DNA from: Alphaproteobacteria bacterium
Lineage (GTDB): Bacteria > Pseudomonadota > Alphaproteobacteria > UBA828
Assembly: GCA_965221125.1 (NCBI GenBank)
Contig: CBDCRW010000003.1
Span: forward strand, 320,001 to 384,000
Length of the DNA: 64,000 nt
Direction: 5' to 3'
Below are positions 9,143-18,359 of the stretch, piece by piece. The notes below the pieces were generated by a model, which saw nothing but the letters and a program-made list of their open reading frames with translations, searched no databases and was not told the origin of the DNA. Numbering within the stretch: the stretch's first letter is position 1; the number at the start of each line of letters is the position of its first letter. The position numbers and the translations under genes are program-made.

Positions 9143-10371
9143 TGCGGCCCGCCGGCGCACTTGCGGCCCTCGTGCTCCTGGCCGCCGCCGGTGCCGAGGC
9201 GCAGCCTCTCGATATTTCCGGCGACCTGAGCGCGCAGGCGCAGTGGTATCCGCAATCGCCGGCCTTCGCCGGTCAGCGTTCCGCCACCGGCGGGCTGGTC
9301 CTCGAGCCGACGCTCTACGGGGACGTCGCGAATAGAACCAGCGTCACCCTCACCGCCTTTTATCGCTACGACAGCGCCGATGCGGAGCGCACACATGCGG
9401 ACCTGCGCGAGGCCTACGTGTTGACCTATGGAGACTGGGACGAGAATTCCTGGGAGCTTCGGCTGGGCGTCGACCGCGTGTTCTGGGGCGTGGCCGAGCT
9501 GCACAACCTCGTCGATATCGTCAACCAATTGGACATCGTCGAGCACCCGCGCGACCGCCCCAAACTGGGTCAGCCCATGGCGCACCTGACGCTTTCCGGC
9601 GACTGGGGCATCGCCGAATCTTTTCTGCTGCCGTACCACCGCAAGCGCACGTTTCCGGGGCGTGCCGGGCGCAACCGTTCGGAGCACCCGATCGACGGGG
9701 ACGCCCAGTACGAGAGCGGTGCCGAAGAGCGCCATCTCGATGTTGCGTTTCGCTACAGCAATGCCGTGGACCTGCTCGATTTCGGCCTTACCGCCTTCGT
9801 CGGCACGAGCCGCGAACCTTCGTTTCTCGTTCGCCCCCGGTCGCAGCCGTCGGCAGAAACAGGCACGCGCCTGATCCCGTACTACGAGCAAATCCGACAG
9901 TTCGGGCTGGACGCGCAACTCACGACCGAGCCCTGGCTCTACAAGCTGGAAGCCATTCACCGTCGTGGCGCGCGCAATCTGCTGGGCGTGGTGGAGGATT
10001 ACAGCGCCTTGATCTTCGGCATGGAACGCACGTTCTACGCGGTGTTCGAGTCCCGCGAGGACCTGACCGTTCTCGCCGAGTGGCACTACGACGGCCGCGA
10101 ACGCCGCGCCACGAGCGCCTGGGCGAACGACCTGTTTGTCGCGGGCGCGCTCACGTTCAACGATGTTGACGGCACCGAGCTGGTGGCGGGCATTCTCGCC
10201 GACCTCCGCCACGACACGCGCTCGTTGAACCTGGAATTCAAACGGCGCCTCACGAACAGCTGGACGATGCGCCTGGAAGGGATCGCGTACCTGAGCGCCG
10301 ACCCGCAGGATTTGACCTACGGTGGGCGGCGCGACAGCTACCTGGGCACGGATTTCACCTACAGCTTCTGA
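9142..10371 (+). CDS. Outer-membrane beta-barrel protein of the type found with LolA-like/MMPL genes
   Basis: ATG overlaps the upstream TGA. Signal peptide MRPAGALAALVLLAAAGAEA; DLREAY, VFWGVAELHNLVDIVNQ; amphipathic strands ending in C-terminal Phe (TDFTYSF). Confidence 0.8.
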   Translation: MRPAGALAALVLLAAAGAEAQPLDISGDLSAQAQWYPQSPAFAGQRSATGGLVLEPTLYGDVANRTSVTLTAFYRYDSADAERTHADLREAYVLTYGDWDENSWELRLGVDRVFWGVAELHNLVDIVNQLDIVEHPRDRPKLGQPMAHLTLSGDWGIAESFLLPYHRKRTFPGRAGRNRSEHPIDGDAQYESGAEERHLDVAFRYSNAVDLLDFGLTAFVGTSREPSFLVRPRSQPSAETGTRLIPYYEQIRQFGLDAQLTTEPWLYKLEAIHRRGARNLLGVVEDYSALIFGMERTFYAVFESREDLTVLAEWHYDGRERRATSAWANDLFVAGALTFNDVDGTELVAGILADLRHDTRSLNLEFKRRLTNSWTMRLEGIAYLSADPQDLTYGGRRDSYLGTDFTYSF

Positions 10372-10386
10372 CGGCGGCAGCGCGCG

Positions 10387-11661
10387 ATGATACAGCCGGG
10401 CATTGAATCTCTACGGAAGATCGCGGTCGTCGGGCGGGGAACCGCAGGGTCGCTGGCGGCTGCCAGCGTGACGAGTCTTCTCCCCGACGGCGACCACGAG
10501 CTCCACCACATTTACGACTCGCGCATTCCGGTCATTGGCGTCGGCGAAGGCAGCTGGCCGAGCCTGGTTCAGGAGTTGCAGAAACTGACGAACCTGCCTC
10601 ACGAAACCGTCCAGCAGCGCCTGAAGGGAACGCGCAAGTACGGCGTCGCATTCGAGGGGTGGGGTCGGCGCAACCGAGACTTCACGCACTACTTCACGCC
10701 GCAGCAGGTCTCCTACGCCTACCACCTCTCCGCCGACCTGATGGGGGAGCTGCTGCACGAAAGCACGCGCGCGCAACACATCGACGCGAGAGTGCTCGAC
10801 ATCAGAAGGGTGGACGGCGGCGCGCTCGTGGAACTCGAAGGCATGGCGCCGGAACGCTACGACCTGGTCTTCGATGCCCGCGGTTTTCCCAAGCAGCTTC
10901 AGCCCGAGCGCCAAATCGACATTTCATTCATCCCAACCAATACGGCCATCATCCGCCGCTGCCCGGCAATCATCGAGGAAGAACCGGATCGGCCGGCTCT
11001 GCAGCATACCTATACCCGCGCGGTTGCCCGCCCACACGGCTGGGTCTTCGTCATTCCGCTGACGGTGCACACGTCCTACGGGTACATCTTCAACCGCGAC
11101 GTCTCCAGCCAAGCGGACGTCGAGTCGGACTTCGACGCGTTCCTCAAGGCCGATGGCGTGACCGAATACGAGCAGCGCGCCGTCATTCCGTTCCCCAATT
11201 TCGTCCACCGTCGAATCTTCGATGGCGCGGTGGCGCGCATCGGCAATGCCGCAGCCTTCATGGAGCCGCTCGAAGCGACGGCGATCGTCTCCGCTCAGTT
11301 GCAGATCGGGATGGTTCTCCACATCCGTCTGAATCGCTCGATAGAACATCTCGAGCGCGACGCGCCGGTGGTCAATCGCTTCCTCGTCAACAACATGCTT
11401 TGCTACGGCCTGTTCGTCGGCTGGCACTATTCCTGCGGCTCGACGTACGACAGCCCGTTCTGGCGCCACGCGCGCGAGGGCGCCTGGCCGCAACACCGCA
11501 AGGCCGCGGCACCCGAGATGGTGGATTGTGCCGCGCTCAGCAAGTTCGATGACATGATCGCGCTGCTGAATAGGCCCGTCATCGACAAGGCGGGCTGGAA
11601 CCGGATGTGCGCGGTCCCTCTCACCAGCTATGCCCAGATGTCTCAGGGCCTCGGCTGCTAG
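10387..11661 (+). CDS. Flavin-dependent tryptophan-halogenase family protein (short, 424 aa; candidate peptide halogenase)
   Basis: VVGRGTAG (FAD), IGVGEG, TRKYGVAFEGW (Lys at the PrnA K79-like position), GWVFVIPL (WxWxIP variant), IGNAAAFMEPLEATAI, YDSPFW. Confidence 0.85.
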   Translation: MIQPGIESLRKIAVVGRGTAGSLAAASVTSLLPDGDHELHHIYDSRIPVIGVGEGSWPSLVQELQKLTNLPHETVQQRLKGTRKYGVAFEGWGRRNRDFTHYFTPQQVSYAYHLSADLMGELLHESTRAQHIDARVLDIRRVDGGALVELEGMAPERYDLVFDARGFPKQLQPERQIDISFIPTNTAIIRRCPAIIEEEPDRPALQHTYTRAVARPHGWVFVIPLTVHTSYGYIFNRDVSSQADVESDFDAFLKADGVTEYEQRAVIPFPNFVHRRIFDGAVARIGNAAAFMEPLEATAIVSAQLQIGMVLHIRLNRSIEHLERDAPVVNRFLVNNMLCYGLFVGWHYSCGSTYDSPFWRHAREGAWPQHRKAAAPEMVDCAALSKFDDMIALLNRPVIDKAGWNRMCAVPLTSYAQMSQGLGC

Positions 11662-11702
11662 AGCGATTGCCGACCTTACGAGATCACTGCAGCACGAATG
11701 TT

Positions 11703-11814
11703 CCCACCTCCCCCTGTCCCCCTCCTCCCATTGGGAGGAGGGGGGACTCTGACGCCGATGGCGGAGTCTCCCTCTCCTCCCCTCGGGAGGAGAGGGCCGG
11801 GGAGAGGTGGGGGG
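11703..11814. repeat. Inverted pair of REP-like palindromic elements (multi-hairpin) between convergent genes
   Basis: Hairpins gtccccctcctccca/tgggaggaggggggac (11716-11747) and ccctctcctccc/gggaggagaggg (11770-11796); outer arms cccacctc/gaggtggg; a small central stem. Confidence 0.75.
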
Positions 11815-11836
11815 TTCTTTTCTGGCCGCCCGGCCC

Positions 11837-12877
11837 CTACTCCGCCGCCATCTTCTGCGGCTGGGGGATGCCGTCGACGGGGCAGCCCGTCACGCCGATG
11901 GAATCGCGGGTGATGGATTCGACCATCTGCTGCGCCCGGCGCGGGTCCTCCACCCAGGTGCGGTAGAAGTCGAACGGGCACTCGGCCACGCCCTTGTCGC
12001 CGTCGCCCGATGCGTACACGCCCGTGTAGCCCCGGTGCACCAGCTTGAAGAGGTGGTTCTGCGCCTGGTCGTTCTCGCGGGCGTCGCGGATCTGCGAGAC
12101 GGAGAGCTGGGCGTACTGGATGCCGTACTCCTCCTCGCCGCACTCGCCGAGAGTGCGGCCGTCGAAGCCGATGATCCCCGAGTGGCCGAAGTAGGTGTAG
12201 ACGCCGTCATTGCCGGCGGCGTTGGCGACCGCCACGTAGCAGCAGTTGGCCCAGGCCATCGCCTTCGCCATCATGATCTGCTGGTCCTTCGCCGGGTACA
12301 TGTAGCCCTGGCAGCGGACGATCAGCTCGGCGCCCTTGACCGCGCAGTCGCGCCAGATCTCGGGATAATTGCCGTCGTCGCAGATGATGAGGCTGACCTT
12401 GAGGCCCTTGGGCCCGGTGCTCACGTAGGTCTCGCTGCCGGGATACCAGCCCTCGATCGGGCACCAGGGCAGGATCTTGCGGTACTTCTGGACGATCTCG
12501 CCCTCGTTGTTCATCAGGATGAGGGTGTTGTACGGGTTCTTGTTGGGGTGATCCTCGTGCACCTCGCCGGTGAGCGAGAAGACGCCCCAGGTGTCGGCCT
12601 CGCGGCAGGCCTCGGCGAAGATGTCCGTCTCCGGGCCCGGAATCTCGGATGCCGTGTCGAACATCTCCTTGCGGTCGTACATGATTCCGTGCGTGCTGTA
12701 TTCCGGGAAGATCGCGAGATCCATTCCCGGCAGGCCGACCTTCGCGCCGACGATCATGTCGGCAATCTTCTTCGAGTTGTCGATGACGTCCTGGCGCGTG
12801 TGCAGGCGCGGCATCTTGTACTGAAAGACCGCGCAACCCACCGTGTCGGGACTGCTGACGATGTCACCGTGTCTCAT
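11837..12877 (-). CDS. amiE: Aliphatic amidase (nitrilase superfamily)
   Basis: [14 protein letters not shown]...YKMPRLH; IFPEYS (Glu), [16 protein letters not shown] (Lys), [15 protein letters not shown] (Cys). Confidence 0.95.
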   Translation of the reverse strand: MRHGDIVSSPDTVGCAVFQYKMPRLHTRQDVIDNSKKIADMIVGAKVGLPGMDLAIFPEYSTHGIMYDRKEMFDTASEIPGPETDIFAEACREADTWGVFSLTGEVHEDHPNKNPYNTLILMNNEGEIVQKYRKILPWCPIEGWYPGSETYVSTGPKGLKVSLIICDDGNYPEIWRDCAVKGAELIVRCQGYMYPAKDQQIMMAKAMAWANCCYVAVANAAGNDGVYTYFGHSGIIGFDGRTLGECGEEEYGIQYAQLSVSQIRDARENDQAQNHLFKLVHRGYTGVYASGDGDKGVAECPFDFYRTWVEDPRRAQQMVESITRDSIGVTGCPVDGIPQPQKMAAE

Positions 12878-13062
12878 GGCGTAGCCTCCCTAGCCATCCG
12901 TATCCTGCCGGGGGTTATACCGCGCCCCGTGACCGCGACCAACCATCTGCCGCTCGCGGCCCGGCGAGGCGCAGGAAGTAACGGGACGCTGGACCCTCCC
13001 CCGCCAACACGCTCATACTCCAAGGTCAGGAATAAGAATCAGCGAAAAGACGGGAGGGCAAG

Positions 13063-14427
13063 ATGGACCTGATCCTGGCGAACGGCACGGTCGTCACCGC
13101 GCACGAGAGCTACGACGCCGACATCGGCATCGAGGACGGCGTCATCAAGCAGATCGGCCACGGGCTCGGCCCGGCGGGACGCACGGTCGATTGCAGTGGC
13201 AAGCTCCTGTTCCCCGGCGGCGTCGACGTGCACACCCATGTCGAGTTCGAGCTGATGGGGCAAGAGACCGCCGATGACTTCCACTCGTCCACGGTGGCGG
13301 CGGCCTGCGGCGGCATCACCACGATCTGCGACTACGCGTTCCCCGAGCCCGGCCAGTCGCTGCAGGACTGCCTCGTCCGCTGGAACCAGCGGGGCGAGAA
13401 GTCGGTGATCGACTACGGCCTGCACCCGACCATCTTCCAGCCCGGCGAGCACACGCTGAGCGAGATGCGGGACTGTGTGGCCGACGGCTACACCAGCTTC
13501 AAGATCTTCATGATCGGCTTCGCCGAGTTCGACAAGTACGCGCCGCAGTACCTGCGCTGCATGGAGGAGGCCGGCAAGCTCGGCGCCATGGTCAACATCC
13601 ACTGCGAGGACCAGTGCTGCATCTCCTACATGACCCAGAAGCTGGAGGAGGAGAACAACTCCAACGTCCGCACCTTCCCCGATTCCAGGCCGCGCATCTC
13701 GGAGGGGCTGGCTGCGCGGCGCGCGCTCTGGATGGCGCACATGGCCGACGTGCCGGCCTATCTCGTCCACCTCTCCTGCCAGGAGGGGCTGGATGCGCTC
13801 AACGACGCGCGGGGCCGCGGCCAGACCTGCTACGGCGAGACCCGGCCGATCTACCTGCACCTCTCGCGCGAGCGCTTCAACGAGGAGGTGGACCCCGAGC
13901 GCTACGTCGGCTGGCCGCCGCTGCGCGAGGCCGACCAGATGGAGGTGATGTGGCAGGCTTTGGACAGCGGCGTGCTGCAGACCGTCGCCACCGACCACGT
14001 CGGCTGGAACATGAAGCAGAAGAAGGCCACCGTCACCGTCGACGAACTGCTGCCCGGCATGTCGAACCTGGAGACGGTGCTGCCCATGCTCTATTCCGAG
14101 GGCGTGCGCGGCGGCCGCCTTTCCATCAACCGCTTCGTCGACGTGAGCGCCACGAAGCCCGCCAAGCTCATGGGCATGTACCCGCAGAAGGGGACCATCG
14201 CGGTGGGCTCCGACGCCGACGTCACGGTGTTCGACACCGAGAAGCCGGTCACCATCCGCCAGAAGGACATGCACTCGAACCAGGACTGGGAGCTGCACGA
14301 GGGCTTCGAGGTCACCGGCTGGCCGACCATGACGATCTCCCGCGGCGACATCATCGTGGAGGACGGCAAGGTCAACGCCGAGCCCGGCCGCGGCCAGCTG
14401 GTCAAGCGCCGCACCTACACGACGTAG
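13063..14427 (+). CDS. hydA: Dihydropyrimidinase / D-hydantoinase family cyclic amidohydrolase
   Basis: PGGVDVHTH, SFKIFM (carboxy-Lys), IHCED, VHLS, ATDH, GTIAVGSDAD. Confidence 0.88.
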   Translation: MDLILANGTVVTAHESYDADIGIEDGVIKQIGHGLGPAGRTVDCSGKLLFPGGVDVHTHVEFELMGQETADDFHSSTVAAACGGITTICDYAFPEPGQSLQDCLVRWNQRGEKSVIDYGLHPTIFQPGEHTLSEMRDCVADGYTSFKIFMIGFAEFDKYAPQYLRCMEEAGKLGAMVNIHCEDQCCISYMTQKLEEENNSNVRTFPDSRPRISEGLAARRALWMAHMADVPAYLVHLSCQEGLDALNDARGRGQTCYGETRPIYLHLSRERFNEEVDPERYVGWPPLREADQMEVMWQALDSGVLQTVATDHVGWNMKQKKATVTVDELLPGMSNLETVLPMLYSEGVRGGRLSINRFVDVSATKPAKLMGMYPQKGTIAVGSDADVTVFDTEKPVTIRQKDMHSNQDWELHEGFEVTGWPTMTISRGDIIVEDGKVNAEPGRGQLVKRRTYTT

Positions 14428-14443
14428 CCGCGGGACGGGGCGG

Positions 14444-15271
14444 ATGGCGCAGGCGCTCGGAGCTGCCGCCCCGGCCGATAGCGAGCCGCGGGTGGAGCCC
14501 GGCGCCGCGCTCCAGGTCGCGGACCTCTACAAGCGCTTCGGCGACCTGGAGGTGCTGAAGGGCGTCTCGCTCACGGCCTGCGAGCACGACGTCATCGCCA
14601 TCCTGGGCGCGAGCGGCTCCGGCAAGAGCACCCTGCTCCGCTGCATCAACCTGCTGGAGGTGCCGGATGCCGGCGAGGTCCGCGTCGGCGGCGAGCTGAT
14701 CCGCATGCGGACCGGCCGGCACGGCCAGGCGATGCCGGCGGACCGCCGCCAGGTGGACCGCATCCGCGCCCGGCTCGGCATGGTCTTCCAGCAGTTCAAC
14801 CTGTGGTCGCATCTGACCGTGCTGCAGAACGTCATCGAGGCGCCCATCCACGTGCTCAGGCTGCCCCGGCGCGAGGCGGTGGAGCGGGCGCGGGCGCTGC
14901 TCGACAAGGTCGGCCTCGCGGACAAGCACGACTACTTCCCGGCCCACCTGTCCGGGGGGCAGGAGCAGCGGGCCGCCATCGCCCGCGCGCTCGCGATGGA
15001 GCCCGACGTCATGCTGTTCGACGAGCCCACGTCGGCGCTCGACCCGGAGCTGGTCGGCGAGGTGCTGAAGGTCATCCGCGACCTCGCCGAGGAAGGCCGG
15101 ACCATGCTGATCGTCACCCACGAGGTCGGCTTCGCCCGCGACGTGTCGTCGCGCACCGTGTTCCTGCACGAGGGTCAGATCGAGGAGGAAGGCGCGTCGA
15201 GGGCGGTGCTCGACGACCCGCAGTCGCCGCGATTCAGGCGGTTCCTCTCGGGCCAGCGCGGCGACGCCTAG
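14444..15271 (+). CDS. Polar amino-acid ABC transporter ATP-binding protein (HisP/AotP-like)
   Basis: GASGSGKS, MVFQQFNLWSHLTV, LSGGQEQR, LFDEPTSALDPELVGEV. Confidence 0.93.
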   Translation: MAQALGAAAPADSEPRVEPGAALQVADLYKRFGDLEVLKGVSLTACEHDVIAILGASGSGKSTLLRCINLLEVPDAGEVRVGGELIRMRTGRHGQAMPADRRQVDRIRARLGMVFQQFNLWSHLTVLQNVIEAPIHVLRLPRREAVERARALLDKVGLADKHDYFPAHLSGGQEQRAAIARALAMEPDVMLFDEPTSALDPELVGEVLKVIRDLAEEGRTMLIVTHEVGFARDVSSRTVFLHEGQIEEEGASRAVLDDPQSPRFRRFLSGQRGDA

Positions 15272-15312
15272 GCCATGCAAACCACCCACCACCGGCGAAG
15301 GAGAACGGAGAG

Positions 15313-16089
15313 ATGAGGAAATTCACATTCTTGGGCGTGCTAGCGGCGCTCGCGCTCGCGGCCGGCGCGGCGGCGGCCGACATGAAGAAGGTCACGCTCG
15401 GCACCGAGGGCGCCTACCCGCCCTTCAACTGGATCGACGAGAACGGCGACCTGCAGGGCTTCGACATCGAGATCGGCAACGCGCTCTGCGCTGCGGCGAA
15501 GCTCGACTGCACCTGGGAGGTGCAGGACTGGGACGGCATCATCCCCGGCCTGCTCGCCAAGAAGTACGACACCATCGTCGCCTCGATGTCGATCACCGAG
15601 GAGCGCAAGCAGAAGGTGGACTTCACCGGCAAGTACTACACCACGCCGGCCAAGTTCGTGCGCATGAAGGGCTCGGGCATCGAGATCAGCGACGAGGGCC
15701 TGGACGGCCTGGCCGTCGGCGTGCAGCGGGCGACCATCCACGAGAACTTCCTGCGCGACAACTACGGCGACATCGTCACCATCAAGGCCTACGCCACCCA
15801 GGACGAGGCCAACCTCGACTTCGTCGCCGGCCGCGTCGACCTGCTGCTGGCGGATTCCATGGCCCTGCAGGGCGGCTTCCTCGACACGCCCGACGGCGCG
15901 GATGCCGAGTTCGTCGGCCCCGACTTCACCGATCCGCAGTGGTTCGGCGACGGCGCCGGCATCGCGGTGCGCAAGGGCGAGGGCGAGCTGCTGGAAGCGC
16001 TCAACGGCGCCATCGCGGCGATCCGCGCCGACGGCACCTACAAGGCGATCAACGACAAGTACTTCGATTTCGACGTCTACGGCGACTGA
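15313..16089 (+). CDS. Polar amino-acid ABC substrate-binding protein (HisJ/ArgT-like)
   Basis: GGAGA RBS; signal peptide MRKFTFLGVLAALALAAGAAAA; GTEGAYPPFN, DWDGIIPGL, SMSITEER. Confidence 0.93.
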   Translation: MRKFTFLGVLAALALAAGAAAADMKKVTLGTEGAYPPFNWIDENGDLQGFDIEIGNALCAAAKLDCTWEVQDWDGIIPGLLAKKYDTIVASMSITEERKQKVDFTGKYYTTPAKFVRMKGSGIEISDEGLDGLAVGVQRATIHENFLRDNYGDIVTIKAYATQDEANLDFVAGRVDLLLADSMALQGGFLDTPDGADAEFVGPDFTDPQWFGDGAGIAVRKGEGELLEALNGAIAAIRADGTYKAINDKYFDFDVYGD

Positions 16090-16104
16090 CCGCCGCGCAC
16101 GCAT

Positions 16105-16134
16105 GGGCGGGCGGGCAATTCGAGCCGCCCGCCC
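16105..16134 (+). terminator. GC-rich stem-loop after the binding-protein gene (partial terminator or mRNA stabiliser)
   Basis: Perfect 10-bp stem gggcgggcgg/ccgcccgccc with a 10-nt loop and only a short U tail. Confidence 0.5.
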
Positions 16135-16159
16135 CCCGTTGAGCTAGCGGGTCGGGCCG

Positions 16160-16849
16160 ATGCTCGATCTCAGGGGCTACGGCTGGATGCTGTGGCAGGG
16201 CCTCGAGCTCACCATCCTGGTCGGGCTCGGGGCCATGGCGCTGGCTCTCGTCCTTGGCCTGCTCGGCGCCTGGGGCAAGCTGTCCCGCGCCCGCGCGGGC
16301 CGTTGGGCCGCAGGCACCTACACCACCGTCATCCGCGGCGTGCCGGAGCTGCTGCTGATCCTGCTCGTCTACTACGGCGTGCCGACGCTGATCCAGGACA
16401 TCGCCGAGGGCGCCGGCCATGACATCATCATCGACATCAACCCCTTCGTCGCCGGCGTCATCACCATCGGCTTCATCTACGGCGCGTTCGCGACCGAGGT
16501 GTTTCGCGGCGCCTTCCTCGCCGTGCCACGCGGGCAGATCGAAGCGGCGCGGGCTCACGGCATGGGGCGCGCGCTCACCTTCCGCCGCATCGTCATGCCG
16601 CAGATGTGGCGCTTCGCGCTGCCGGGCCTCGGCAACGTCTGGATGGTGCTGATCAAGGCCACGGCGCTGATCTCGGTGATCCAGCTGGAAGAGCTCATGC
16701 GCAACGCCGACGTCGCGGCGCGCGCGACCAAGCTGCCCTTCACCTTCTTCTTCGTGGCCTCGCTCTTCTACCTCGGCATCACCATCGTCTCGATGGTGGT
16801 GCAGCGCCGCGCCGAGGTGTGGGCGAACCGCGGCGTGCGCCGGGCCTGA
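16160..16849 (+). CDS. Polar amino-acid ABC permease (HisQ-like)
   Basis: YTTVIRGVPELL; EAA loop GQIEAARAHGM. Confidence 0.92.
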   Translation: MLDLRGYGWMLWQGLELTILVGLGAMALALVLGLLGAWGKLSRARAGRWAAGTYTTVIRGVPELLLILLVYYGVPTLIQDIAEGAGHDIIIDINPFVAGVITIGFIYGAFATEVFRGAFLAVPRGQIEAARAHGMGRALTFRRIVMPQMWRFALPGLGNVWMVLIKATALISVIQLEELMRNADVAARATKLPFTFFFVASLFYLGITIVSMVVQRRAEVWANRGVRRA

Positions 16850-16860
16850 GGCGGCGGGCG

Positions 16861-17583
16861 ATGGACCTCGCGATCATCTGGGAGAGCCTGCCCCGCCTGC
16901 TGGACGGCGCGGCGCTCACGCTGGAGATCACCCTCATCAGCGTCCTGATCGGTCTCGCGCTCGCGGTGCCGCTCGCGATCATGCGGCTCTCGTCCAACCC
17001 GTTTGTGTGGATGCCGGTCTACGGCTACATCCTCTACTTCCGTGGCACGCCGCTCTTGGTGCAGCTCTTCCTGGTCTACTACGGCTCAGGGCAGTTCCGG
17101 CCCTTCCTCGATTCCATCGGGCTCTGGGTGCTGTTCCGCGAGGCCTACTTCTGCGCCGTGCTCACGCTGACGCTGAACACCGCCGCGTATACCGCCGAGA
17201 TTCTGCGGGGCGCGATCCAGGGCGTGCCGCGCGGCGATATCGAGGCGGCGCGCGCGCTCGGCTATTCGGGCACCCTGCTCTACCGCCGCATCGTGCTGCC
17301 CAAGGCCTTCCGCATCGCGCTGCCGGCGTATACCAACGAGGTGGTGTTCCTGCTGCAGGCGACCTCGCTGGTCTCGATCATCACGCTGCTGGATCTCACC
17401 GGCGTCGCCCGCATCATCGTCGCCCGCAGCTTCGAGCCCTACAAGCTCTACATCACCGCCGGGCTGATGTACCTGGCGATGAGCTACTTCTTCATCCTGC
17501 TCTCGCGCTTCATCGAGCACCGCCTCTCCGGCCACATGCGCGAGCGCCCGGCGAGCGGTTGCGCCGTCTCCGACCCGCGCTAA
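16861..17583 (+). CDS. Polar amino-acid ABC permease (HisM-like)
   Basis: YFRGTPLLVQLFLVYYG, AYTAEILRG, IEAARALG. Confidence 0.92.
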   Translation: MDLAIIWESLPRLLDGAALTLEITLISVLIGLALAVPLAIMRLSSNPFVWMPVYGYILYFRGTPLLVQLFLVYYGSGQFRPFLDSIGLWVLFREAYFCAVLTLTLNTAAYTAEILRGAIQGVPRGDIEAARALGYSGTLLYRRIVLPKAFRIALPAYTNEVVFLLQATSLVSIITLLDLTGVARIIVARSFEPYKLYITAGLMYLAMSYFFILLSRFIEHRLSGHMRERPASGCAVSDPR

Positions 17584-18359
17584 TCCTGAAAAGCCTGGCG
17601 GTAGTCCTCGGCCGTCAGCACGCTCGCGCCGGTGAGGCGCAGCACGTCGCGGTGAGGCGCGAGCGACGGGTCGGCGATGGCGGCGCGGAGCCCGTCCCGC
17701 ATCTTGGCGATGTCGTCGTCCGATGTCGCGGCGCCTGTGACGTAAGGCATCCCCGGCGCCGTCGGGGACGAGGTCAGGATGCGGGTGCCGCGCAACGCGA
17801 CTGCGGCCTGGTCGGCGAGCAATGCGTGCGTGACGCAGTCGACCGCGCATGCGTCCGCCTCCCCGGCCGCGACGAGGCCGATGCTGGCACGATGGGAGCC
17901 GGATGCGACGATCTCTCCGAAGAAGGAGGGCGGGTCCTCGCCGGCGGGCAGCATGTGCCGCCAGACATGGTAGCCGGAATAGGAGCCGGTGCCGTTGGTC
18001 GCCAGGCGGCAGCCCCGAAGGTCGGCGACGGTCTGCGCGCCCGAACCCTCGGGCACGATGACGTGCGCGGCGTATGAAGCGGCGCCGCATCCCGGCGCGT
18101 CGTAGCTGGGAGTCGCGACGAGCCTCACCGCCGGCCCGAGGACGTTCACGAAGGGATAGCCGCAGGTCTGGCTGAAGAGCAGTCCGGGCGCGCGCCAGTG
18201 GCCGTGGTAGTCGTCCGGCCACGTCAGCGCGTCGGGAACGCCCGACACGCCATGGTCCCGCATGTGCCGGGCGAGGCCCGCCCACCAGCGCTCCGTGGCC
18301 GGGCGAGCCTCGGCCTCGCAGTACATCGGCAGGCTGGCGAGGCGGGTCTCGGCAGTCAT
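17580..18359 (-). CDS. PhnD/phosphonate-binding-fold protein without an obvious signal peptide
   Basis: LASLPMY, LLFSQTCGYP, SGSHRASIGLVAAGEADACAVDCVT. Confidence 0.75.
   Translation of the reverse strand: MTAETRLASLPMYCEAEARPATERWWAGLARHMRDHGVSGVPDALTWPDDYHGHWRAPGLLFSQTCGYPFVNVLGPAVRLVATPSYDAPGCGAASYAAHVIVPEGSGAQTVADLRGCRLATNGTGSYSGYHVWRHMLPAGEDPPSFFGEIVASGSHRASIGLVAAGEADACAVDCVTHALLADQAAVALRGTRILTSSPTAPGMPYVTGAATSDDDIAKMRDGLRAAIADPSLAPHRDVLRLTGASVLTAEDYRQAFQD

Noticed and set aside
1-11700. NHLP/Nif11 precursor peptide gene
   Set aside because: No small ORF with a nitrile-hydratase-like leader or a double-glycine motif (ELSDEELEAVAGG-like) in the intergenic spaces; it probably lies left of the window.
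11676-11913. Short Pro/Gly-rich ORFs, or a CRISPR-like reading of the palindromes
   Set aside because: They are translations of the REP-like element. There are only two inverted units, no spacers and no cas genes.
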